From an uncultured virus (IMG/VR IMGVR_UViG_3300028392_001454) (Duplodnaviria; Heunggongvirae; Uroviricota; Caudoviricetes; Crassvirales): a stretch of 64,000 bases of DNA. The stretch's first letter is position 1; the number at the start of each line of letters is the position of its first letter. The stretch lies in the IMG/VR virus record IMGVR_UViG_3300028392_001454, one strand, 5' to 3'. Shown in pieces: positions 30,937-39,831 of this stretch. Both the position numbers and the translations under genes were made by a program. Under the pieces are notes generated by a model, which saw nothing but the letters and a program-made list of their open reading frames with translations, ran no database searches and was not told the DNA's origin.

Positions 30937-31405
30937 ATACTCTGTATGCAATATACGCTATTGCGATTAATAATAATATCCACCAGTATGATAATAAACT
31001 CTCTTTTTTATCTATATCCTTTTTAACAACCTCTATCTGTGTCTGAGTTTTATTCTTAGAAGTCGTTGTGACTGCATTATGGCGATTTTCAGACACTTTC
31101 TCAGTTGTTTGAGTGCTTATATTGTTCTTGTGTTTTTTAATCCTTAAAACAACGTTTTTAAATGTCTTATTATTGTATATAAAAGGCTTTGTTGTGTCTA
31201 GTGGAGTTATCTCTATCTCTGAACATGAAGATGTATCTAAAGTCTTTGTGTTTACATCTGTATTTATAACAACACTAGATGTATCTACTATATGAGTTTC
31301 AATCTCTTCTTTTTTATCTTCTGTGATATTACTTTTTTGTACTTTTCTTGAACCACAAGATAGCAACATTGAAAACACAATAAATAAAATTAATATTTTT
31401 TTCAT
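30914..31405 (-). CDS. Lipoprotein, probable spanin
   Basis: Signal peptide with lipobox LLSC plus a C-terminal TM helix; next to the endolysin. Confidence 0.65.
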   Translation of the reverse strand: MKKILILFIVFSMLLSCGSRKVQKSNITEDKKEEIETHIVDTSSVVINTDVNTKTLDTSSCSEIEITPLDTTKPFIYNNKTFKNVVLRIKKHKNNISTQTTEKVSENRHNAVTTTSKNKTQTQIEVVKKDIDKKESLLSYWWILLLIAIAYIAYRVYDKNKYI

Positions 31406-31902
31406 TTTGGTAGTCTTTTAATTACTGAATTCATTACAGATTTTAATTGGTCTGCATAATCAGGTGCTGTAGCATATCCTGCTTTAGCTATCTCTTCAAA
31501 AAATTTACTTGGATTGTTTTTAACTAATAAAGCTTTAGAATATCTAGGGTTTTTTAAAAAAAAAGTTATGTGGTCTTCAAATCCTTCTGCTGGTGTCTTA
31601 TATTTTCTGAACCAATCTTTTACTGTGTATTTAAAAGTTCCATTAGGTTGTCTAACTACACTTATAACTTCAGGATATTTTACAGAGTCTTTTGAATGAT
31701 ACTCTGTTGTTGTAATTAATTGTTTATCTTGTTTATTACCTTCACTCCATTTAATACCAAAGAAATTATTACCCAAAGCTTTCTTACCCCAACCACTCTC
31801 AAGCGCACCCTGAGTAAGAGTTATAAGATGATTAAATCCAGTTTCTTTCTCAACTTTATTTGCTTCAGGTAAATATGTTTTTACAAATTCTTCAGGTGTC
31901 AT
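31402..31902 (-). CDS. Endolysin, GH73 glucosaminidase (FlgJ-like)
   Basis: Q.ALESGWG, NNFFGIK, FRKY, RY, GYATAPDYA motifs. Confidence 0.92.
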   Translation of the reverse strand: MTPEEFVKTYLPEANKVEKETGFNHLITLTQGALESGWGKKALGNNFFGIKWSEGNKQDKQLITTTEYHSKDSVKYPEVISVVRQPNGTFKYTVKDWFRKYKTPAEGFEDHITFFLKNPRYSKALLVKNNPSKFFEEIAKAGYATAPDYADQLKSVMNSVIKRLPK

Positions 31903-32105
31903 TACTTTTTAAATATTTTTTCAAATGCTGTTGCAGTTAATGCTGTTCCAGCTAATGCAGTTACTGCTTGTACTAATATATCAGTATTAAATATAAACAT
32001 AGCAACTATTAATGATATACTACTTATTAATCCTATAAATCTTTTAGAACTATTATTACTTTCTGAACTTAATAATGATTTAAAATAATTAATCATCTTT
32101 ACCAT
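31902..32105 (-). CDS. Putative holin
   Basis: SSKRF motif plus two hydrophobic helices, adjacent to the endolysin. Confidence 0.6.
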   Translation of the reverse strand: MVKMINYFKSLLSSESNNSSKRFIGLISSISLIVAMFIFNTDILVQAVTALAGTALTATAFEKIFKK

Positions 32106-32250
32106 TCTTTCTATCTATTAATTTCCAAACGGTATATATTATCGATACTATTAAAAGTATAAACCTTAAAAATGTTTCACCTTGTGATGAAAGTGATAAG
32201 AAAAAAGCTGAAGAGTTTAATAAATATAATCTCAAATCGTTATGTGTCAT
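32089..32250 (-). CDS. Small membrane protein (holin/antiholin-like), 53 aa
   Basis: Manual translation MTHNDLRLYLLNSSAFFLSL...FILLIVSIIYTVWK. Confidence 0.55.
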   Translation of the reverse strand: MTHNDLRLYLLNSSAFFLSLSSQGETFLRFILLIVSIIYTVWKLIDRKNGKDD

Positions 32251-32251
32251 C

Positions 32252-32725
32252 TTACCAAAGAGCTATTAGTCCACTTAATGCAGTTTGAGCTTCAAGAACT
32301 CTTAGTGCTTGTACTGGCAGTATCATTGATGCGTTTTTATCTCCAGCACCAGGGAATGTTACCACATCTCCTCCAACAGTCATTATCTGAAGATTACCAT
32401 TAGAACCTTGTGGAATATAAATAGAAAATCCCTCATTTGGAGTTGGAACATATAACGTATATATTGCTCCTCCAGATGCTATATCATCAGATAAAATCAA
32501 TGTATTTTCATCAATAAAACCAGTTACAGTAGCTAAAGATCCAGTAGATATAACTGTATTTCCAATTAAGTTAGTTGTAAATACAGCATCATTATCAACT
32601 AATAAGTATACATCAGAAACCTCAGATGTACCTGACAACCCAGCGTTTGCAGGATTTGGCATATTAATGTCATCATCTTGAATAATTGGAGTTGCTCTTC
32701 CGTAATGCGTTTTTAAGTATTGCAT
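32252..32725 (-). CDS. Hypothetical structural protein
   Basis: 157-aa beta-rich ORF ending LPVQ..RV...T....IALW. Confidence 0.6.
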   Translation of the reverse strand: MQYLKTHYGRATPIIQDDDINMPNPANAGLSGTSEVSDVYLLVDNDAVFTTNLIGNTVISTGSLATVTGFIDENTLILSDDIASGGAIYTLYVPTPNEGFSIYIPQGSNGNLQIMTVGGDVVTFPGAGDKNASMILPVQALRVLEAQTALSGLIALW

Positions 32726-32728
32726 GTT

Positions 32729-33623
32729 TTATAATATTTTGTTTATTAATAAGTTTGGATTATTTAATGCAGCCTTTCTTTTATTACAGCCACAGTCTTT
32801 ACCTGTTTTTTTTGCAACATAATCAACAGCAGCCTTAACACCTGTAGCCTTAGTTACCTTTTCTATTCTGTCTCCTAGTCTCATTACTTTCTTTTTTTAG
32901 AAATTAACATCTTAACATTAGATATAGCTATCTCCTTAGCCATTTCCTTAGGGCTTTCAGAGGATTCTTTACCAGTTTTAGTTTCCATGGATAGGTGCTT
33001 GTTCATTATGGTAGACTTAGTTTTTAAACCACCACCAGACATTACGGTCATGAAGTTTTTCATTTCTTTACTACTTTTTTTAAGTTAGGATTAGCTTTCT
33101 TTGCAGCAGGTGATGCAGATCTTGCTCCAGCAGCTAGTATAGCTGATGCGTTCTTCATTGGTATTCCTTGTTTCTTTGAGATAGCTACAGCGGCAGCCTT
33201 AAATCCCATTCCTTTTTTTTCTTTCATAATATTAACAGTTCCATTTTTTTAGTGATAATTCCTTTCTTGTAGGCTCTCCGTTTGGCTTCTTCATAGGTCC
33301 TGGCATTCCAGACATTCTTGCACAGAATGATTTCCTTCTGTTTGCATCCTTACTACCTGGCTTTAACTTAGAAGGAGGTGTTGTAACGGCAGTCTTTAAC
33401 TTACTACCAGGATGCTCAGCTCTATAACTAGCAACTCCCTTTGAGTTTAACCCTCCCTTAGGATCCTTTCCCTCTTTTCTAGTCCAAGCTGCTGTTTTCA
33501 TTTCTTTATATTTCCTTTAAGGTAAGACATTTTACCGTTTAAAGATAATTTTGACTCGTACTTCTTAGCATTTGTTTTAATATTCTCAGATATAACCTTC
33601 TTAGAACTTCCTTTTTTAAGCAT
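32729..33623 (-). CDS. Cluster of five tiny Lys-rich ORFs (32729-32884, 32884-33063, 33060-33227, 33232-33501, 33498-33623)
   Basis: Manual translation; mostly overlapping stop/start junctions; 33232-33501 has RRKSFCARM..W.C and 32729-32884 has DCGC..RK. Confidence 0.65.
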
Positions 33624-34833
33624 TGTAAACTCTTATTTCTATTAATTTATCATCTAACATATCATCTGTTTGTAACAATGTTTGATCTAAAATTGCAATT
33701 CTTTGTAAATTTGGATTAGTTATATACATATAAGCATAATAAATACCATCTCCAAAATCAGATATGTTTCCAGTTTGATGTAATGTATTTACTGTTTTTC
33801 CAATAATAAATAATCCATTAGAATTACAATAGTAAGTTCCAACACTATCATAAGTAAACCATATATTTCCAATAGTGTTTTCTAATACAGTTGCTACTGG
33901 AGCACCACCATTAAAAGTTAAATAAGTATTATCATCTCCTCTATCTGCAGGAACTGTTCCTGTAGCAATAAAAATTGTTCCTACATTATTATTAGGAGCA
34001 CCAACATTTGTAAAATCTGCAGTTACACCATTATCTCCTATAGTATATGAAATTCCTATAGTTAAATTATTTCCATAACTAGGTCCAACATATGTAGTTT
34101 GTGAATCACTTCCTCCAGTTTGTGTTAACAAAGCTGTAAAAACCTTATAAGGTCTCAAGTCGCTTGTTAAGGCAACTGTTCCTGACTTATCTGGTAAATC
34201 ATAATTTCTATAGTCAGTTATTAATGATGGATTTATTAATCCATATCGTGAATTTGAAGTATTTTTTATAGTTATTCCAGTCTCCTTTATACTAAATACA
34301 TTTTGCTGAGGCGCATTAAAAAAATAAATTTCTGAATCTCTAGATTGAATGTTAGCATATCCTTCAAAAACTTCATCATATATACCTAATCTATTTACAA
34401 ATATATCATTTGTTGTAGTACCATTTTGAGATGTTACTTGTTGTAGAGTGGTTGTTTCAACCAATGCTACATGACCATTAGCATCTGGTAAAACATATGT
34501 TCTACTGTCTGTATTAGCTGTAGCGTCTAACTTAACATCATAATTATCTTTCTTAAATGATAAGTATCCAGTTGCACTTGATAATAATAAGTTTCTTGTG
34601 TTTGTAGGAGCACCTTTTACTCTGAACACATCGTTATCAAGACTTACCTCTCCGTATCCGTACAGTGTAGGATCGTAGATCTTAAGCTTAGTAACGCTGG
34701 TGTCTAAACCAATAGCGAACATGTCAGAGATCATAAAATTTTTCGTTGCATCCTGGTGATGTATGTCGGTTCCAATCAGTATATCATCACCTAATGGAGA
34801 CGATATTGTAGGATACACACTTATTTTTGCCAT
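33616..34833 (-). CDS. Minor structural / short fibre protein, 405 aa
   Basis: Shares the M.KIS.Y N-terminus and the TLQQVT and R.Y.LPD.SGT.AL.SD modules with the long fibre. Confidence 0.6.
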   Translation of the reverse strand: MAKISVYPTISSPLGDDILIGTDIHHQDATKNFMISDMFAIGLDTSVTKLKIYDPTLYGYGEVSLDNDVFRVKGAPTNTRNLLLSSATGYLSFKKDNYDVKLDATANTDSRTYVLPDANGHVALVETTTLQQVTSQNGTTTNDIFVNRLGIYDEVFEGYANIQSRDSEIYFFNAPQQNVFSIKETGITIKNTSNSRYGLINPSLITDYRNYDLPDKSGTVALTSDLRPYKVFTALLTQTGGSDSQTTYVGPSYGNNLTIGISYTIGDNGVTADFTNVGAPNNNVGTIFIATGTVPADRGDDNTYLTFNGGAPVATVLENTIGNIWFTYDSVGTYYCNSNGLFIIGKTVNTLHQTGNISDFGDGIYYAYMYITNPNLQRIAILDQTLLQTDDMLDDKLIEIRVYNA

Positions 34834-34849
34834 CTTAGTTTTGTTTTAT

Positions 34850-34867
34850 TTATCTTTGCAAAGATAA
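34850..34867. promoter_or_regulatory. Palindromic bidirectional promoter TTATCTTTGCAAAGATAA
   Basis: Perfect 18-bp palindrome giving TATCTTTG on both strands between divergent genes. Confidence 0.7.
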
Positions 34868-34880
34868 TAATTAAATTTAT

Positions 34881-35366
34881 ATGAAAATTAAGAAGATAAT
34901 AACTAAAACCTACTATCGTAGAACACCAGAGCATGACTGGTTGAAGTATTTCAGAGTGGTTCGTTTCTGGGTTCGTGAGACCTATGGAATAAAATACGCA
35001 GAGCTTGAGATGCTGCTATTCCTTTATGGGGAGAACCTATTCACAAGACGAGATTTTGACGATTATCAGAAGATAATGGGATGGAACATAGAAAGATTCA
35101 ACGGTCTTGTAACTGATGGGTGGGTTATTAAGTGGAGAGAGCGTCATGCTCGTACCGAGTCAGACCTTTACACACTATCGTTTAAAGCCAAGCGTATAAT
35201 GAATGCGTTCTACAAAAAGCTTAGCGGAGACGATATAATATCAGAGAACCCTAACAAGAACCCAATATTCAAAAAAAATACCTCTACACAGTATAAATCG
35301 TATAGAGGCATGATTATTAAAATGAACGAGTCTATAAGACAACGACAACGTCACGTTCAAGAATGA
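34881..35366 (+). CDS. Putative winged-helix regulator
   Basis: Only plausible plus-strand gene in the late region; ELEMLLFLY, L...GWV..WR, LY.LS.K pattern is MarR/wHTH-like. Confidence 0.55.
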   Translation: MKIKKIITKTYYRRTPEHDWLKYFRVVRFWVRETYGIKYAELEMLLFLYGENLFTRRDFDDYQKIMGWNIERFNGLVTDGWVIKWRERHARTESDLYTLSFKAKRIMNAFYKKLSGDDIISENPNKNPIFKKNTSTQYKSYRGMIIKMNESIRQRQRHVQE

Positions 35367-35589
35367 TTGTAACGAGCTTGTCCTCTATTAAAACACTATA
35401 GCCAGATCTGTTGTCATAGTAGATAATGTCCCCGACATTTATGTCGGTAACATGTGTCCCTACAGCAACTATGCTGGCTTTCTTGTATCTCATCTCACTT
35501 GCGTCTGATCCAGAAAGTATCAGCCCAGACTCTGTCTTCAGTTGCTCCTCTATCGGATCTACTAGAATATATTTTGCGATTGGTTTCAT
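35332..35589 (-). CDS. groES: Co-chaperonin GroES
   Basis: KPI..YILV, KTESGLIL mobile loop, VAVG, VGD.IYY, I..ERDV. Confidence 0.92.
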   Translation of the reverse strand: MKPIAKYILVDPIEEQLKTESGLILSGSDASEMRYKKASIVAVGTHVTDINVGDIIYYDNRSGYSVLIEDKLVTIILERDVVVVL

Positions 35590-35591
35590 AT

Positions 35592-35774
35592 CTAATTGTT
35601 TTCAAATTGTTCTTTAACAAAATCTAATAAACCCTCCATGGTTTCAAAAACATAAGGAATTGGAGTTGCTTGACCATTATAATTCCATTCTCTTAAATAT
35701 ACTTGATAGCCATTTCTAGCCTTTTCTATTATAACTTTATTTATGTCTACTTCTATTACATTTATTTTTCCCAT
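35592..35774 (-). CDS. Hypothetical AT-rich 60-aa ORF between groEL and groES
   Basis: Coupled to the groEL stop; composition differs from its neighbours. Confidence 0.6.
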   Translation of the reverse strand: MGKINVIEVDINKVIIEKARNGYQVYLREWNYNGQATPIPYVFETMEGLLDFVKEQFENN

Positions 35775-37375
35775 TATGCTCTTGCTATTGTTATAATTGC
35801 GTTTGTACTTAAAATAGTTGTGGCAACACTCACCGCGTTCTTTAACGCGTTATTGGTAACCTTAAGCGGATCAATGATCCCCATCTTAAACATGTCACCA
35901 TAGACCTCGTTCTTAACATCGTATCCTTGACCAGCCTCAGCTTGATTCATGATCTCGAACCCATCCTTACCAGCGTTGGTTATGATCTGCAACAGTGGTG
36001 TCTCAATAGCTCTTGACATTATCATCCTTGCGATGTACTCGTTATGACTTAACTCATCCATCATGTCAATCGTGTGCTCGCTGATCTTATCCGCAATGTT
36101 AAACAAAGCCAAACCCCCACCTGGCAGAATGCCCTCCTCTAACGCAGACCTTACCGCACACACAGCGTCATCAACTCTATCGTACCTCTCCTTCTGCTCA
36201 ATGTCAGAGTTACCACCAACATATATCACACCAACACCACCAGTTAGCGAAGCGATACGCTCCTTAACAGCGTCCCTCTCTGACTTCCTCTTTGCCAGGT
36301 TGTGCTGAACCCATAGCTGCTCAACTCGCTCCTTAATCTCATCGCTTGTCTGCTCTGATCTAACTATAACCGTCTTGTCTCTATCCACAATGATACGGTC
36401 CGCCTTACCAAGGTGCTCCATTTTAATCAAGCTCAGGTCATCACCAGTCTGCTCACTGAAGTACTTAGCCCCAACAGCTAGTGCAATGTCAGCCATAAGC
36501 TCCTGTTGTTTGTACCCAAACTGTGGTGGCATAATGTTACAAAGCTTAAGATTATTCTGAGCCACATTCGCTGCAAGCGTGTTAACCACATTGCTCGTGC
36601 ATGGCCCAATGATCAGCAGCTTCTTGTTATCATTAATGATTGGCTTAAGAACGTTCTCAATCGATAGTATGTTGCTTATCTCCTGGTCCGTAACCAAGAC
36701 ATAAACATCATCCATGATGCACTCGTCCTTCTTAAAGTCGTTAACGAACAGCTTGCTCGTGTAACCCCTTGCAACCTTTATACCGTTAGTAACCTCTGAG
36801 TACGTGTCAGCCGTTTGAGAGTTCTCTATCGTAACGATACCGTCCCTTCCAACCTTCTGGTATGCGTCAGCAATAATCCTTCCAAGCTCCTTGTCATTAT
36901 TGGCAGATATAGCGGCAACATCCCTTAGCGTGTTACCCTTAACCTTACGACTCATTCTCTTAAGGTCAGCAATCACCTCATCCGTTATAAGGTTCATGTA
37001 CCTAATAACCTCGGTAACGTTGTGCTTCTCCGTCAGGAGCTCCATGCCAATCCTAACAATAGCCTCTGTCAGCACAATAGCCGTTGTTGTCCCATCACCA
37101 GCACTTGACGCAGTCCTATCAGCCGCCTCCTTCATCATCTTAACCGCTAGGTTCTCAACTGGGTTGGTAAGGTCAATACTCTTTGCAACTGTCACACCAT
37201 CCTTAGTGACCGTTATACCGTGTGTGTGGTTCCTTGACTCTATAAGAACAGTATTACCTCTTGGTCCTAGCGTGCTCTTAACAGCCTTTGCAATGGTAGT
37301 GATACCATTAATTAATAGCTCACGACCTTCTTGGTCGAAGACTAACTCCTTAGGGGAGTACATGTAGTTTTCCAT
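35774..37375 (-). CDS. groEL: Chaperonin GroEL
   Basis: TLGPRG, TKDGVTVAK, GDGTTT, ISANND, EEGILPGGG, GIIDPLKV; no GGM tail. Confidence 0.98.
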   Translation of the reverse strand: MENYMYSPKELVFDQEGRELLINGITTIAKAVKSTLGPRGNTVLIESRNHTHGITVTKDGVTVAKSIDLTNPVENLAVKMMKEAADRTASSAGDGTTTAIVLTEAIVRIGMELLTEKHNVTEVIRYMNLITDEVIADLKRMSRKVKGNTLRDVAAISANNDKELGRIIADAYQKVGRDGIVTIENSQTADTYSEVTNGIKVARGYTSKLFVNDFKKDECIMDDVYVLVTDQEISNILSIENVLKPIINDNKKLLIIGPCTSNVVNTLAANVAQNNLKLCNIMPPQFGYKQQELMADIALAVGAKYFSEQTGDDLSLIKMEHLGKADRIIVDRDKTVIVRSEQTSDEIKERVEQLWVQHNLAKRKSERDAVKERIASLTGGVGVIYVGGNSDIEQKERYDRVDDAVCAVRSALEEGILPGGGLALFNIADKISEHTIDMMDELSHNEYIARMIMSRAIETPLLQIITNAGKDGFEIMNQAEAGQGYDVKNEVYGDMFKMGIIDPLKVTNNALKNAVSVATTILSTNAIITIARA

Positions 37376-37400
37376 TTAATTTAATTGATTTAATTATTGG

Positions 37401-37408
37401 CAAATGTA
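37401..37408 (-). promoter_or_regulatory. groEL promoter -7 element TACATTTG inside an imperfect palindrome (37396-37424)
   Basis: TAnnTTTG; attggcaaatgta-a-tacatttttgccaat. Confidence 0.6.
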
Positions 37409-37489
37409 ATACATTTTTGCCAATGTTTTATTTTTTTCTAAACTCTTCTATAATTGGTATAAAAGCTATAATTAATATAGCAACAATTG

Positions 37490-37621
37490 CTACCACGTGA
37501 TGCTGAGTTTTAAAATGAAGAAGTAAATGTTAACCTCTCTGTAGTCATACAGCTCGTCCTTCTGAAAGAAGTTAAAACCAAACATACAGTAGTTGGGTGA
37601 CATCTCTAAAGCTATTTCCAT
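37490..37621 (-). CDS. Hypothetical 43-aa protein
   Basis: Manual translation MEIALEMSPNYCMFGFNFF...ITW; codon style matches the core genes. Confidence 0.5.
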   Translation of the reverse strand: MEIALEMSPNYCMFGFNFFQKDELYDYREVNIYFFILKLSITW

Positions 37622-37633
37622 ATTTTTAAGTTT

Positions 37634-37822
37634 GTGTCGTTATGACGAAAATTATGTCCATATTCTACTATATATATATTTATTATTTTATATATTTTTT
37701 TTTATGTAGAAATAGGAAAAAAAACGTCGCAGCGACACTAAACCTTGTTAGCCCATATCAATCCTCAGAAAAGTCCATGACAAACTTTTTTAAAATCGAC
37801 ACCGTTGCGACGATAATCGTCG
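37634..37822 (+). repeat. Origin-like element, copy 1 (inverted relative to 40170..40360)
   Basis: GTGTC-n4-TGACG, TA-rich tract, CGTCG-n3-CGACACTAA, 33-nt spacer, CCATGACAAACTTTTT, CGACAC-n5-CGACGAT. Confidence 0.9.
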
Positions 37823-37835
37823 TAAAAACGTGTTT

Positions 37836-38009
37836 TTAGAACATTTTCTTAATTTGCTCGGCTCTAAGAATGGTGTTTACCTTCTCATTCATTTTCATTT
37901 CTCTCTTAATGTGAGAGATTTTTTTGATCAAGTTCTGACCATCAGGTTGGTAATTTAATAACCTTCCGTCCTTAACTAACAACCCACTTAAATCTTTTTT
38001 CTTTTCCAT
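37836..38009 (-). CDS. Hypothetical basic 57-aa protein
   Basis: Start taken at MEKKK (ATG 38009), downstream of a promoter. Confidence 0.55.
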   Translation of the reverse strand: MEKKKDLSGLLVKDGRLLNYQPDGQNLIKKISHIKREMKMNEKVNTILRAEQIKKMF

Positions 38010-38022
38010 GATATATTTTTTG

Positions 38023-38030
38023 CAAAGATA
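38023..38030 (-). promoter_or_regulatory. -7 promoter element TATCTTTG (first leftward promoter)
   Basis: TAnnTTTG(CA) upstream of ATG 38009. Confidence 0.65.
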
Positions 38031-38044
38031 TAAAATAATCAGAT

Positions 38045-38760
38045 ATGTAGGGGTTGGGGATAATAGGGCGGTTTTGCGAGGCGGGGTGCCAAAAGAAAAC
38101 GACTTCAAATCAGCAACGGGGGTACCGTTTTTGCCTATTTCCTTCAGTTTTTTTGGCTTTTCGGGACGGGTGCAGTGGTGGGGGTAGGTGGTGTGCTGTC
38201 ACGTTCTGCGTGGTGGTGGGGTAGTGGCTAGGTGCAGTGGCTTGGCTGTGCCTACTACTATGCTATGCAAGGTAACTTGCTATGCCGTGAGAGAGTATTG
38301 CATATTGCGATGTGCGGTACTATGCGATACAAGGTAGTTGGTATAGACCTTGAGTGACTGACCGAGCTGATTAACTATAAACAATAACTATTGTATTGGT
38401 ATAAACAATAGACACAAACAATGATAGATAAAATCTATCGAGCAATAGATTTATTGCAGACGCAAAACCTTATGTTTATTGGTATTTTGCGTTTAAGCAA
38501 CGAACTCGAAGGAGGTGGTATATTATATCGTCTTGGGGTAATATCGTGCCGCAAATGGCTTTAAAATGCGTTTTAGGGGCATTCAAGGGCTGTGACGGGG
38601 GGTAACACCTAAGATGCTACGTGTAAGTGTTAAGTACTACCAAATATTAAACAATCGTTTAACTTCCTTATATATATATACGTGCGTGTGTATATACTAT
38701 ATTACAATGGGGTAACCTTCGTGAAGCCTAGTAAAATAAGGTATATTAAAGTTTTAACAA
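38045..38760. other. Non-coding divergence region with G-rich skew; candidate genome terminus / packaging region
   Basis: No credible ORF; G/T-rich tract 38160-38250 with ggtgcagtgg twice; lies between the two divergent transcription units. Confidence 0.5.
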
Positions 38761-38777
38761 AATTTTAACATTTTAAT

Positions 38778-38809
38778 TTTGGTCATCAAATATAGTCGCC
38801 GTAGGTTTG
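38778..38809 (+). promoter_or_regulatory. Major early promoter TTTG-n20-TAGGTTTG
   Basis: Full Bacteroidota -33/-7 consensus with 20-nt spacing; tandem ttttaaca just upstream. Confidence 0.8.
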
Positions 38810-38814
38810 TCAAA

Positions 38815-39011
38815 GAAATGAACGAGTGGAGTTAACCACTTATTAAATCGGATGTCATCCTTTCCTAGCAGGATGTTGCGAGACCACAGCGAGAAAGTGG
38901 CGGGAGTCATAAAAGACTATAAAATAGGGTGTAGCTACTCTGGAATAGAAGGTCAAAGTAATCCTTGAAGTCCGAAGCTACGATAGTCATTCAAATAGAT
39001 TGACGTCGTTA
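38815..39011 (+). ncRNA. Candidate structured RNA between the early promoter and the hammerhead
   Basis: Serial hairpins: agtgg/ccact, catcct/aggatg, ccac/gtgg, agtc/gact, gtagct/agctac enclosing gga..aagg/cctt..tcc, gtca/tgac. Confidence 0.45.
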
Positions 39012-39064
39012 AGTGTCCAAGAGTGTGTTACTCTTGCTGATGAGCCACAGAATGGCGAAACACT
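39012..39064 (+). ncRNA. Type III hammerhead ribozyme, predicted cleavage after GUC (C39017)
   Basis: AGUGUC; stem I caagagu/acucuug (loop GUGUU); CUGAUGA; stem II gcca/uggc (loop CAGAA); GAAA; CACU closing stem III. Confidence 0.93.
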
Positions 39065-39078
39065 AAAAACTTTATATT

Positions 39079-39297
39079 ATGAAAACACTAGAACAAATTT
39101 CAACACGAGCTCATAAATTGTACAGCCAACTAGAATTGGGTGCATTCTTTGACCTATACCACGACAAGATGCTGTATATGGTAGAGGAAATTGATATGCT
39201 AGACGATGACGACACGGCATATGCGGAGGATTTGCTTGCAGAGTGCGAGGCAATCATCAAGGCACAAAAGATATTAAATAACGTAAACATAAAATAA
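39079..39297 (+). CDS. First early protein, acidic, 72 aa
   Basis: ATG 14 nt after the ribozyme; strongly Asp/Glu-rich. Confidence 0.7.
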   Translation: MKTLEQISTRAHKLYSQLELGAFFDLYHDKMLYMVEEIDMLDDDDTAYAEDLLAECEAIIKAQKILNNVNIK

Positions 39298-39556
39298 TAT
39301 GAAACGAAACGAAATTCAAGGTGGCTGTATATTGGCCACCTTCCTGCTTATAGCAGTAATAGTACTAAGCCAACTTTTAACAATTATAGATTATGTATTC
39401 GGAAATTAGAACATACACACAAGTAACTTGTACAGGTGTTATCCGTACAATGTACACGGCAAAGGTGCAGGGCACCACCTACCATGCTGACAGCATAGAC
39501 AAACTAAACTATTTTATTAACAACCACGTAGAGGTACGTGAAAACACATTTTAATT

Positions 39557-39820
39557 ATGAGAGTATTAATTACACGAGGAGCCTACGGCTTTGGTCACGA
39601 TTGGACGCTAGATGCGTTTGATAAAAAATACTACTTAGGTCAGGACGTAAAGTTCTGCTCCCGAGTACTAGGCGTAAGCCCTAGCACTTTGGTTGCACAC
39701 CTAGGAAGTGCTGAAATAGAGGAGCCTAAGGTAAACACTAAACTAGCCAAGTTTATATGTAAGAGACTAGGCATAACTAAAAAAACAAACATTAACCCTT
39801 GGGACTTATGTGCCCAATAA
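39557..39820 (+). CDS. Hypothetical early protein
   Basis: 87-aa ORF with AT-rich leader (GAYGFGHDW, YLGQDVKFCSRVLG). Confidence 0.7.
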   Translation: MRVLITRGAYGFGHDWTLDAFDKKYYLGQDVKFCSRVLGVSPSTLVAHLGSAEIEEPKVNTKLAKFICKRLGITKKTNINPWDLCAQ

Positions 39821-39831
39821 AACTAAAAATT

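Noticed and set aside
1167..37367. Many short plus-strand ORFs in the ORF track over the late region, plus minus-strand ORFs over the early region and plus-strand ORFs at 61064-62785
   Set aside because: They are antisense shadows of long genes, with no motifs or start context. Only 34881-35366 was kept.
37642..37839. 65-aa plus-strand ORF over origin-like copy 1
   Set aside because: It is a translation of (TA)n and T tracts with no protein-like composition.
38870..38915. c-di-GMP-I riboswitch-like look of gcgagaccacagcgagaaagtggcggg
   Set aside because: Lacks the GCAAA(C)/GGGACGCAAAG core and the second stem of that family.
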